The notes beneath the pieces were generated by a model that ran no database searches, had not been told where the DNA came from, and saw only the letters and a program-made list of their open reading frames with translations. A DNA stretch of 64,000 bases from Octopus sinensis (Eukaryota): contig NW_021835690.1 of the NCBI RefSeq assembly GCF_006345805.1, forward strand, positions 1 through 64,000. Direction: 5' to 3'. A program made the translations under genes and the position numbers. Of this stretch, positions 14,672-26,024 are shown piece by piece; position 1 is the first letter of the stretch, and each line of letters starts with the position of its first letter.

Positions 14672-15399
14672 TTATGTAGGTATGTAGTATCTGCATGTGA
14701 GTTGGTGATTATGCTTCTATGCTAATATATCAGTTTGTATATCAATATATGTACATGGGGGTGTGTGTAGTTGAAAATATTATTTTTAAAGAAATTAGCA
14801 AAAAACAAATGAAATAAAACATAACGAAAAATAACGATTTCTTTCCCTTTTATAATAAATGAAAAATAATGCAACGAAATCTTATCACTTCAAATTACTG
14901 CTAAATAGAAAACAGAAATCAAAATAAATAAAAAAAAAAGCACATACTAAGCATTAAATATTTAGTATTTCTTTAATATTTCCAACAAAAATAATGCAGT
15001 TTTGTATGTTATTTTTCATATATGATTGATTGCAATATTTCCTTCATGCAAAGTTTTATCTCTAAATATTTTGCAGCTTATTAAGAATGATTGATTCGAA
15101 GAAAAAAAAACTTGCAGCGATAATTTGGAATTTTGTTATAAGGCAGTGGTGCGTCCTATAAAATATTCATATAAAAATAAATACTTCTCAAACATACTCA
15201 AGAATCCGTTAGCAGTATATAAGTGTGTTGTTACATGAATATATAACTAAAAAAAGAATACAACGTCGTAGGTTTTATCTGATTCACCAATTTCTCACGG
15301 CGTTACTTTAAGATTCATCTTAGTTAAAGAATGATGTCGTAAATTAAGATAAACCCGAATAATGATCATTTGGGAAACAAATTGTTTGTTAAAATATTG

Positions 15400-15570
<171 letters not shown>

Positions 15571-15912
15571 GCAAAATGTGGAACCTGAAGACTAAAACAA
15601 TACCTGTTGTCATAGGTGCCCTGGGAATGATAGCAAAAGGGGCTGATTGCTACCTAACTCCATTACCAGGAAACCCCAAAATGGTAGAAATCCAAAAGAT
15701 AGTGCTCATGGGAACTGCTCATATCCTACGCAAAATACTTTCTTTGTAATCTCAAGTTTTAAAACAAACATAATTTTCGTATGTTTTTTTAGGCGTTCAC
15801 TAGTACAACACTAAGTACAAAACCAAATATATGGCACCCTAGGCATAACACCAACATGAACTTCCAACTTGTTGTCTCTTGAGGTCTCTGGGTTAGACTT
15901 GGAGCCAGCTTG
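15571..15912 (+). mobile_element. 5'-truncated Dong/R4-clade LINE (RLE C-terminus plus 3' UTR) abutting (TAA)n
   Basis: Translates KMWNLKTKTIPVVIGALGMIAKG..QKIVLMGTAHILRKILSL*, the PVVIGALG..QK..L.GT..ILR tail of RLE-type retrotransposons. Confidence 0.8.
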
Positions 15913-16351
15913 GAGCAAGCTTTTGGTTGCCCCGAGGCTATAGTAGAAGATAACTACCCAATATGTCACGCTGTAGGACTGAATTCAGAACTATGTTGAT
16001 CAGGCGACACTTCTCGAGAAGTGGAGGTATGTAGCATTTGATAAATCTATTTTAGTGGAGGTTTACGCAGAGGAAAGACATGGAATTTATATTTTATTAT
16101 ATTCCTAATCTAGAAACTCGTTCGTAAATAACCGTTAGACTTTGTTTTCGTTATTTCTTCCTTCTGTTTTGCATATGTGAATTACAGGGATATGTCGTAT
16201 GTGGAGTCTCATTTGTAGAAAATAGAAATAAACAGTCTTTGACTGCTATTTCTAATTTTTTCGGTATGTGGCTAAGCAACCTGTTGCCTGCCTCATTTAT
16301 TTATATACAAAATATATATTGAACTTTTATAGAAGTTCCTACCGTTAATGG

Positions 16352-16384
<33 letters not shown>

Positions 16385-16575
16385 CAAAAAGGGTAATAAC
16401 GAAGATAATTATTACCAGTGGCCTAGCACAAAAGACGAATTAGTCATTAGACAAAATATTATTCATATAGAAATATAATTAAGGGCTCCCAAATAAGGAA
16501 GCCTAGTGCTAGGGACACAAAAAGGGATAAATTCATCGAGATTGAAAATCAAAAACATTTACCATTAACGATATA

Positions 16576-16653
16576 TCCCGGACTGATCAGTTTCTACCTC
16601 TTTCTAGCAAAACAAGCAGAATATGTTTGCCAAGGCCAGGTTCATCAGCGGGA
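16576..16653 (-). ncRNA. Type I hammerhead ribozyme motif, intact core, within a ~290 bp (TA)n-flanked insert (16383-16668)
   Basis: Minus strand tcccg-CTGATGA-acct...aggta-GAAA-ctgatcag-TC-cggga. Confidence 0.85.
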
Positions 16654-16664
16654 CGCCTTTGTTA

Positions 16665-16708
<44 letters not shown>

Positions 16709-17391
16709 TATTCGTATATACATACATAATATATATATATGTACGTATGTACGTATGCATGTATGTATGTATGTATATATGTATGTATTTATTATGTATG
16801 CATGTATGCATGTGTGTATGACATCACTGCACCATACTAAACATATATACACCTTGAATGGCATGATGCTTTGTTTTCGTCTGAATGAAAACTTCTTCAT
16901 AGATATGTTGCACTAAAACCCAATACATAATGGAACAAGGCAAACACCGTCGTACCAATAAGAAAACGACAGAAGCGTTTCGCCCTATTTTGTGTTTGTC
17001 AACGATGTGTTGTCCAGGAATTTCGTCAAACGGGGACATGACAATTGACACTCTTTGAAAAAGGAGTAAACCTGATTATCTTTCTCGTGAGTTACTTCTG
17101 CGATGAAGTTCTGTATATTTAAACCCTGGCAATCTATATAAGATTGGAGTGGGGGGGTGTCAACTCAAACAAAATAGTAAATTCTTTAAAGACTTTTGCT
17201 TTAGATGTATTTGTTGCAAGAAATTGCTACGTCTCTTTCTCCAACGTTTTACAGGGTTTAACAAGTGTCCAACCACTGAAAGATGTTCTCTCGATAAAAG
17301 CTACTGCAAACCGACACAAGTAAACTTCTGAAAAACAAAATAAGAATTTTTGTAGGCGCAGGATTGGCTGTGTGGTAAGTAGCTTGCTAAC

Positions 17392-18875
17392 GCGCATGCG
17401 TCGAGTTGTTTACTGTGTCGAGTTTTGACTAGGCGGACAGAATCTTTTGAGCTGCTCGCCAGCGGTTTGTTGGCGAGTGGAAAATAATGTATTCGGACCT
17501 TAGCGAGTACGAACTGTCCACATCAGAGGAGGAGCTCGTTAAGGCGGTGAACAGAATGGACCAGCATTTGGAAAAAATAAAAGGTTTTGCTGACGCGGCA
17601 GAGGTAAAGAAAAAGGAAGTAGACCTAACTGAACTGAAGGAGCTGTATAAGATGACACAGAAGGTGGGAAGTGACGTAAAGTTACTACCCCCGAAAACGG
17701 TTATGGTAAATATGGAAAGGAAAACTATTACCTACAAGGTGCACTCAGTGGAGAGTAGGAGGGTGGAGCAGATGAAGATGGAAAAAGTAGAAAAAGCTCT
17801 CAAGGGGCTTTCAAAAGAAGTAACATATATAGCAAAAGGAAGCGGATATGGGACGGTGGTTGTCCAGTTTAAAACAGAAGAGGAGGCAAAGAGGCTGGCA
17901 AGTACAACCGTAAAAACTGAGGAACTAGTACTTCTACCCTCCTATCTTGGAAGAAAGAATTCTAAGGTGAGGGTAGAAGGAATTCCACCTGACATAAAAG
18001 TGGCTTGGGTTGCGGCAGCCGTCCTCGTTGGAAGTGAGGAGGTGACTGTCCTCCAAGCCACAGAGACAGAGGAAGGAAGCTACAAAGGAAAATTACTGGA
18101 AATGATCATACAAGCGGAGGCGAAGGAGCTGGAAAATTTGCCGGAAACGGTGACAATGGGAGAAATAGTATTGAGAGTATGGGTAGAAGGCAGAACCCCG
18201 CGGTGCTTTAAATGTGGCCAAAAAGGCCACATTAGAGCACACTGCCCCCTACAGAAGAAAAAGATAGAGGAAAAAATAGATGAACCAGTTGAGGAGACAA
18301 AGAAGAAAAAAGAGGACGAAGACAAAGACGGACGAAAGGAGGAAGAATGGATAGTAGCAGAGAGCAGAAGTAAGAAGAGGAAGAAAAGAAAGAACACTGA
18401 GTGTGAAATGGTACCCCAGTCCAACTCCATCCCACCCAAGACCACTCAGACCCACCCGCCCCATACAGACACCAGACCCACCCACTCCCTTTCCCCACAA
18501 GAAAAAAAGAAAAAGAAAAAAGAGCAGACACCACAGAATTTAGAAAACCCCTCCCCCTGTGAAAAAGGTTGCGAAAGAATGTTGTCTTTAAGCGATAGTG
18601 AGAGTGGAAAAAGAAGGACTAGACCAGAGATTAGAGAAGAATTCAGACTCAAAGGCAGCGAGTGGTGTTGCTCAGAGTGGGGTGAGTAGCGCACTCGTCA
18701 TATTTCATTTTCAGATATCATGCATGTTCTCATAAACTTAATCTATTTTCTCACGTTCATTTTCATGTCACTCACAGTATCATTTTATTTTTACATATTT
18801 TTAATTGTTATATGTCTCCACATGTTTTGTAGTGTCCCCTCTATGTAATGCCTTTATGGCAAAATAATTGAAATA
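17392..18875 (+). mobile_element. ORF1-only non-LTR element 1 (~1.48 kb) with 15 bp TSD
   Basis: AAGTAGCTTGCTAAC at 17377-17391 and 18876-18890; single ORF, T-rich 3' UTR, terminal TGCC-tttat-GGCA hairpin then AAATAATTGAAATA. Confidence 0.85.
17487..18689 (+). CDS. Tx1/L1-type ORF1 (gag-like) protein: RRM-like region, CCHC zinc knuckle, charged low-complexity tail
   Basis: Open 400 aa ORF with KVRVEGIPPDI, LPETVTMGEIVLRVWVEGRTPR-CFKCGQKGHIRAHC-P (CX2CX4HX4C) and a WIVAESRSKKRKK motif typical of LINE ORF1. Confidence 0.85.
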   Translation: MYSDLSEYELSTSEEELVKAVNRMDQHLEKIKGFADAAEVKKKEVDLTELKELYKMTQKVGSDVKLLPPKTVMVNMERKTITYKVHSVESRRVEQMKMEKVEKALKGLSKEVTYIAKGSGYGTVVVQFKTEEEAKRLASTTVKTEELVLLPSYLGRKNSKVRVEGIPPDIKVAWVAAAVLVGSEEVTVLQATETEEGSYKGKLLEMIIQAEAKELENLPETVTMGEIVLRVWVEGRTPRCFKCGQKGHIRAHCPLQKKKIEEKIDEPVEETKKKKEDEDKDGRKEEEWIVAESRSKKRKKRKNTECEMVPQSNSIPPKTTQTHPPHTDTRPTHSLSPQEKKKKKKEQTPQNLENPSPCEKGCERMLSLSDSESGKRRTRPEIREEFRLKGSEWCCSEWGE

Positions 18876-18944
18876 AAGTAGCTTGCTAACCATCGTCGGA
18901 GTCGGACGTCTTTTTTGGCAGCTGCCTCAGATGTCACGTGTTGC

Positions 18945-19547
18945 CACGTGAAATATTGAACATTTTACGTCAACGGGTAGGACGTTCGAATATTCTTGGA
19001 GGCCTAGTGAGGTTTATTGCCTGCCTGTAATACTTTTTAGCGTTAACGTTATTTAGCATTAATATTTTTTTGCGAGTAATAGACTTCACTTTGCTTCGGA
19101 TATATTTTTTCGGCCTGTTGTCGTATTTAATGTCTCACTTTTTAGTGAGAATTGTGTTTTTTGAGGAGGCGTAGTCCCTCCGCAAAAATATTTTTGATTC
19201 ATTGGAGTACCCATTTCACTTTTGGATTACCACACGTGAATTATTGAACCTTTTGGCAACAGCAGGTAGGACGATTTGAATATTTTTAGAGGCCTAGTGA
19301 GGTTTATTGCCTGCCTTAACGCCTTTTAACATTAACGTTATTAGCATTAATAAATTTTTTTTGCGGGTAATAGACTTCACTTTGCTTCAGATGTATTTTT
19401 CTGCCTGTTGTCGTATTTAAAAGTCTCACTTTTTTAGTGAAAATTGTGTTTTTTGAGGAGGCGTAGCCCCTCCTCAGAAATATTTTTGATTCATTGGAGT
19501 ACCAATTTCGCTTTTGGATTACCACACGTGGAATATTGCACCTTTGG
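18945..19547 (+). repeat. ~290 bp tandem duplication (about 2.1 units) in the 5' UTR of element 2
   Basis: GGTAGGACG..GAGGCCTAGTGAGGTTTATTGCCTGCCT..GGATTACCACACGTG occurs at ~18971-19256 and ~19257-19547. Confidence 0.9.
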
Positions 19548-19814
19548 ATTACCAGGAGGCACCAAGGACATTCTTGGACTGTTTTTACAAGCACCGGAAT
19601 TACCTAGGATTGCCGTGACGTTTGGCCTGGACTACATTTTCGGCCAAAAAAATAATAATTCTTTGCCACATTTGAACTCCTTCTTCTAGCTATCCTTTGT
19701 TTGAACTCCGAACTGTTTTTATTGTAACTCTCGTTTCCATTTTGTTTTTGCTTCCCTCTTTCTATCACTTTTGTGTTTTTCCTATTTTGAACTGTATTTA
19801 CATTTTTGTTAAAA

Positions 19815-21026
19815 ATGGCAAAGGAACTGATTGTGTGGGAGCTGGAAGCTCCCAAAAAATACATAAGAACGCTGGAGGATAAGACCGTGGTACTGAGAAC
19901 TTATTACAAGTCGCTCAACACAATCATGGTCTTTCCGAAGGCGAAAATTATTGAAGAGCTGGCAGACTACATGCCAGCCGTGAAATATATCACACGGGGA
20001 GCCAAATACGCAACGGTTTGGTTGCTGTTTGACTCCCCAAAAGATGCTTGCGATTTTGCAAGCAAGCCCATTGAGGGCAAAGAAATCTTGTTTCTCCCTA
20101 GTTACAAGGGAGAAAAATTGACAAGACTATGGGTCTGCGGCCTGCCACCCGGCATTGAACCCGAGTGGATAGAAGACTCTATCCGCCGGGGTCTGGGTGA
20201 CAGGGACGCAAAAATCCTAATGTCAATATACAGCCTGCGGCTGATTGGGAGGGGTCTAAGGCTACCATAACCCTATGGACCCAGTCAGCCAAGAGTCTGG
20301 TTTTGCCGGACTTTTTGAGAATGGCCGGGTCCAAGTATCCGGTGATGATTGAGGGACGCCCCCCCCCCCAAGTGTCACCTGTGTTTGGAGACCGGCCACA
20401 TCAAGAAGAGCTGCCCCAGGGACCAGAGTAGGATCCTGGAGCGGCTGATATTGGAGCCTCTCCCTGCCTCTTCAATGGAGGGAGAGAAGCAAAATGAGGA
20501 GGGGGAAAAAATCCTCCTCCAAAAGAAAAAGAAAGGTGGGGAGCAATGGCGACCCACCAAAGGACCTGAAAGCTGCGGGAGAGGAGAACCCGGTGCGCAC
20601 AGCTCCGGAACCTCAGCCTCCTGTGGCCCAGGGCCAGAAGAAAAAGAAAAAAAGAGAAACGGAGCGCCGCCGGCGGATTGCTACACGCAGACGGCGTTTC
20701 CCGAGTATCCCGGGTCCTCTCAGGCGGGTGTGCCGCCTGAGGGACAATTCGTGGAAGATTTTGTGCTCCTCTTTTTTAAAGGAGAAAAGGTGGAAAGCAC
20801 CGTAAGAAAAGTGAGAAAGAGAGGACGTTGGGAGGTACTCCGGTCCTGTACGGAGGACCCCGAGTGGCTTTCGCAGTTGGCTGCGGAGGTCGTGGGAAGG
20901 GCTGATCTACACAGGATCGTGGGTTCCTTCTCAGCGGACTCCTTCGAGACTATACCTCTGGACACCGGCCTGACCAGCGAGTATTGCCTCGATGAGGCAA
21001 GAGCGATGGTCGGCCGGGTCACATAG
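19815..21026 (+). pseudogene. Tx1/L1-type ORF1 of element 2 (~403 aa once two compensating 1-bp indels are corrected)
   Basis: ORFs 19806-20270 and 20349-21026 are in the same frame. A shifted frame between ~20220 and ~20365 reads NVNIQPAADWEGSKATITLWTQSAKSLVLPDFLRMAGSKYPVMIEGRPP, leading to KCHLCLETGHIKKSCP. Homologous to element 1 (YITRGAKYATV vs YIAKGSGYGTV; FLPSYKG vs LLPSYLG; GLPPGI vs GIPPDI). Confidence 0.8.
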
Positions 21027-21033
21027 GCTGTGT

Positions 21034-21240
21034 AACATTTTTGTAACATGTGGAAGAGGAGGTTTATTACCTCCTCTAAAATTTGTAAAATTTGTAATTG
21101 AATGTTAATTTAAACATTTTTTGTAACATGTTGAAGAGGAGGTTTATTGCCTCCTCTAAAATTTGTAAATTGAATATCATTGTGAACATTTTTGTAACAT
21201 TTTGAAGAGGAGGTTTATTGCCTCCTCTAAAATTTGTAAA
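21034..21240 (+). repeat. Three ~72-79 bp tandem units, each with a hairpin, in the 3' UTR of element 2
   Basis: AACATTTTTGTAACAT..GAAGAGGAGGTTTATT(A/G)CCTCCTCTAAAATTTGTAAA at 21034, 21113 and 21185. Confidence 0.9.
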
Positions 21241-22291
21241 CTGTAAATTATTGTATTAAATGTAATTATTGAACATTGTTTTAGAGAAGCGAGAGTCGGC
21301 GGGCGCTTTTGACTTCTCCCATCACCATCTTCATCCACCACCACCATCATCCATTAATGTCCTTGTCCAGCCCGTAGCTACTCTGTGTGCTGCCCTAGTG
21401 GCAAAATATTTGAAATAAAGTAGCTTGCTAACCAACCACATGGTTCCGGGTTCAGTCCCACTGCGTGGCATCTTGGGCAAGTGTCTCTGCTATAGCCCCA
21501 GGCCGACCAATGCCTTGTGAGTGGATTTGGTAGACGGAAACTGAAAGAAGCCTGTCGTATATATGTATATATATATATATGTAAGTGTGTGTGTATGTGT
21601 TTGTGTGTCTGTGTTTGTCCCCCTAGCATTGCTTGACAACCGATGCTGGTGTGTTTACGTCCCCGTCACTTAGCGGTTCGGCAAAAAGAGACCGATAGAA
21701 TACGTACTGGGCTTACAAAGAATAAGTCCCGGGGTCGATTTGCTCGACTAAAAGGCGGTGCTCCAGCATGGCCGCAGTCAAATGACTGAAACAAGTAAAA
21801 AGAGTAAAAGAGTATATCTATAAAACTTATCTTTAAATGGCTGTGGAGTACACCAGAATAAAATAGCGAAGAAACTGGTCCACAGGTAAAAAATAAATAA
21901 ATAAATAAAATGGTTGAGAAACTCTGGACTAAACTTATAACTCATGTCGCTCAAGAGATTTTCTCTTAGACAAAATTCATGGGAACATGACTACCAACGG
22001 TGTTATGATACACACATGGCAATGCATATGTGTGTGTATATATATATATGTGTGTATGTGTGTGTGTGTGTGTGTATATGAAAACACTGACGCATACATT
22101 ATGTATTTCTGGACAGTCATGCTATCAAAATATTAATCTTACTCTAAATCAACGCAATTGCTTTTACCTCAATTATCGTATGTTCTCTAGAAAATCTACA
22201 CGGAATAAAATCGATTTCGTTAATACTATTTCGTCCGTATAAAGATTGTAATGTCTAGGCTACATTTATGCATTTGTTTGAATGACTATTG

Positions 22292-22328
<37 letters not shown>

Positions 22329-22338
<10 letters not shown>

Positions 22339-22700
22339 AATTAGGGTATCTATGAGATACCACCATGCTGAAAATACCAGCCATGAACCGACTCTAAAAC
22401 CACAAGTTTTCATACAGCAACACGGAGAAAAGACAAAGAGACAAGATGAAACTAGTAAAAAATTACTGGATAATTCTAGATCCCGGATTTCTGACTTTGT
22501 ATTTAGAAATGCTTTGCCTCGTCTAAATGCAAAGTCAGAAATCCGGATCTAGAATTATCCAGTAATTTTTTTTCTAGTTTCATCTTGTATCTTTTTCTTT
22601 TCTCCATGTTGCTATATGAAAACTTGTGGTTTTAGAGTCGGTTCATGACTGCTATTTTCAGCATGGTGGTATCTCGTAGATACCCTAATCTATAATTTTA
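22329..22700. repeat. Long fold-back palindrome (~178 bp arms, 14 nt spacer) with the 3' half of a hammerhead, in a (TA)n-flanked insert
   Basis: 22329-22507 is the reverse complement of 22522-22700; GAAA-tccgga-TC-tagaa at 22538-22554. Confidence 0.85.
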
Positions 22701-22797
22701 ATAATTATTACCTTTGAAGGTTATTTTTTCCATGCTGACCACTTGATAAGTTAGTTATTTTATCTTAAATTAACGATCTTATCTTTATTTATATATA

Positions 22798-22905
<108 letters not shown>

Positions 22906-23712
22906 ATGTATGTATGTATTTATGTATGTATTTATGTATGTATGTATGTTCTTTTAAAGAATTTGTTCTCGAAGTACATATAAAGCTATAAATACTGGCT
23001 TGAAAAGCCTTTTGAGATCGAGAAAGTCGAAGAATGCCTGTTAGGCTCGAACCTACATTTCTTGTAGACATGACAGGCGCTTTACTATTGTATGGAATCA
23101 ATCGTTCGAATGTCTTTATCCATTTTAGAAACGTTATTCTTACCAGCGAGAATTCTATATCGATGACGTCACAAGAATTTATAAACTTTCAAGAGAACTG
23201 TAGATCCCTTCTCAAAACGTGTACGAAGAGTTGTTCTCGGGTATAAACATAACTGGGAGCTTATTATTGCTTCATACGGAAACTGTTTATAATATTGCAT
23301 AAAATATATTCACCCGTTATTTTCTATGAATCGGAGTGTTAATTTATATGAAGAGGTTAAATGTATGCAAACAGAAACTTATAACGATTTATAAAGTATG
23401 AAACTAGAATATTTTACAAAGACAGTTTTAAATGTGAGACAATGTATTCTAACTTCTGTACCATCGGGAAACGTATTAAGTTTCTGAATATAACCATCGT
23501 AAATCATTACTTAAGAGTATTATAAATAGATCTATTAGAATCTCAGATCTCTCCTATAATGAAGAACTATTCAATTATCACGCAAACTATTAAAATCAAG
23601 CTTTAGCTGCAAGTGGATTTAAACAAGATATTAAACATATATAGATTATCCATTAGATGAGTGCGTGAAATTTGTCTTCTTGAAATCTGAACCTGTTCTC
23701 TTCTAATATATA

Positions 23713-23941
23713 TTTCTTTATTGCTCACAAGGGGCTAAACATAGAGGGGACAAACAGGGACAGACAAAGGGATTAAGTCGTTTACATCGACCCCAGTGCG
23801 TAACTGGTACTTAATTTATCGACCCCGAAAGGATGAAAGGCAAAGTCGACCTCGGCAGAATTTGAACTTAGAACGTAACGACAGACGAAATACGGCTACG
23901 CATTTCGCCCGGCGTGCTAATGTTTCTGCCAGCTCGCCGCC
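23713..23941 (-). mobile_element. SINE family B, tail type 1, with 17 bp TSD
   Basis: TTCTCTTCTAATATATA at 23696-23712 and 23942-23958. Confidence 0.9.
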
Positions 23942-24382
23942 TTCTCTTCTAATATATAACACAATATACAGTATATCAGAGACAGAGGGAAATCGTACCA
24001 GCAGATCTAGTCAGAACGCCAGATGTATTTGGTTTCCGTGAGGCCTTGTTAATGTCAAGTAGGAAACTACTCCGCAGTATATTTCTACAAGTAATTCTTA
24101 CATTTCACGAAACAACTGTACGCTCATATGTGGAAATTGAAGTACCCCATATACACGTGCACCTATTTATTCTCTCCTAGTTCTATGCCGTCAACACTCA
24201 TTGGACTACAGCGACTTGAGGTGACGTGTTGGAGGAGCAAGTTGTTCAATTCGAGTACGTTTCTTCTGCTTGTACTAGTATTTGTTTTTGTACATACACA
24301 GAATGCCATCTCTTTCTCTCTCCCTCTTTCTCTCTTTATATATATATATGTGTGTGTGTGTGTGCATGTGTATGTATGTATG

Positions 24383-24431
<49 letters not shown>

Positions 24432-24464
24432 ACATACAAAGTTATATACATATATATGTGGATA

Positions 24465-24916
24465 TTGTGATTGTGACCTCTTTCGGTCATGAATGACCAT
24501 GGAATTGCACCGAGAAAGTTACCCTCCGAGGCACAAGTCTGGGAAAAGTTGTTTATGGAAGACCAGCCTCTCCTCTCCACGTCACCGATGTTATCCAAGG
24601 GAAAGGCAAAGGCCAATACAGCTTGGCACCATTAACGTCGCAGCTCATTTATTAACGTGCAAGTGGCTGAGCACTCCACAGACACGTGTGCTCTTAATGT
24701 AGTTTTCGGGGAGATTCAGCATGACACAGAGTGTGACAAGGCTGGCCTTTTGAAATACAGGTACAACAGAAACAGGAAGACAGAGTGAGAGAAAGTTGTG
24801 GCAAAAGAGTACAGCAGGGTTCGCCACTACCCCTGCCGGAGCCTCGTGGAGCTTTAGGTGTTTTCGCTCAATAAACACTCACAATGCCCGGTCTGAGAAT
24901 CGAAACCGCGATCCTA
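24465..24916 (-). mobile_element. SINE family C copy, head truncated, alternative 3' tail
   Basis: ~24650-24916 aligns with ~60212-60477; the distal ~180 bp differ. Confidence 0.75.
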
Positions 24917-24952
24917 CAAGTTCGATTTTATTCCCTCAAATAATAATAATAA

Positions 24953-25003
<51 letters not shown>

Positions 25004-25979
25004 CATATATATACACATATATATACATATATATGCATATATACATACATTTATACATGCATACATACTTGCATACATCTCAGCGATTGGAAGTTTTGTG
25101 GATCCTAGAAGAGTAACATCGCTTTCATATTTTTCCTGCATATCCTTCCTTTAATCGACTTCTGGTTATTGCAGCAATATTCCAGTCCCGTTGTTTCTGT
25201 CATTGCTGCCACTGTTATCATTTTACTTATTGTTTATTTTAGTGTTGTTTGTAACGTTCATTTTTTTTCCTTCAAAATCAGAAGCAGACAAAACTGATAT
25301 TCTTGTCTCCTTGTTGTCGTCTGCCGTAAAAGCTACCACCGTAGTGTTTCAACTTAGACAGTCGCTTAATGTATGCATCACTCCCCGTCGCGCCGTCGCT
25401 TTTTCATTTACACAAAATTTCAATCCTTCCCTGTTACATTTCCGAATACTGTTACTTTCTCACAATCATCTAGAAAACTTTTTTCTTTGATTTCTTCTCA
25501 AATAAAAAACAGATTTTGTAAAACATAATTTTAAAATCAGACGATTCCCTTTTGCCGATGAAGGGGAAAAACGGAAAACTTACCGAAACGAAGTGGGCCA
25601 CGTCTTCTTTACACGTGACAAAAGTTTTAAACAAAACACGTCCTAATTTGAATGAAATGTTTGGAGGGAAAAAATCATGTATTTTACAGAGCCAATGTCG
25701 AAGAAGAAGAAGAAGAAGAAGAAGATGAAGTAGAAGAAGAAGATACGATCGAACGAGTGTGCAAAAACAGGACGTGTCATAAAATATCAATATAGATATA
25801 ATAACAAGAAAATGAGAAACAGTTGATAAAATAAACGAATAAAAGATATTTTAAAAGAAACAGAATAAACAACTCTTATATTAATATGAATTATTGATGA
25901 AGCCTCACTTCTAAGAAAAAGTAAAAATGAATGAAATAAATTATACACTAAAGAATATTCAAATATCATACATACATAC

Positions 25980-26024
<45 letters not shown>

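Larger units (their letters stand above)
18893..21417 (+). mobile_element. ORF1-only non-LTR element 2 (~2.5 kb) with 17 bp TSD
   Basis: AAGTAGCTTGCTAACCA at 18876-18892 and 21418-21434; long 5' UTR, one ORF, terminal TGCC-ctagt-GGCA hairpin then AAATATTTGAAATA. Confidence 0.85.
17355..21813 (+). mobile_element. SINE family A copy split by two nested insertions (head 17355-17391, remainder 21418-21813)
   Basis: Joining GGCGCAGGATTGGCTGTGTGGT to AAGTAGCTTGCTAACCAACCACATGG... restores a complete copy equivalent to 58099-58500. Confidence 0.92.

Noticed and set aside
17487-18689. Host CCHC zinc-finger gene or LTR gag
   Set aside because: It is intronless, bounded by TSDs inside a SINE, has no LTRs and has a LINE ORF1-type layout.
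21050-21240. 3' UTR units resembling hammerheads (TGAAGA-stem-TAAA)
   Set aside because: No CTGANGA or GAAA in any of the three copies and no stem I.
17377-21434. Three copies of AAGTAGCTTGCTAAC considered as a CRISPR-like repeat or LTRs
   Set aside because: Spacing is kilobase-scale and the sequence is a normal part of SINE A, so target-site duplication explains it. No LTR, PBS, pol or cas sequence is present.
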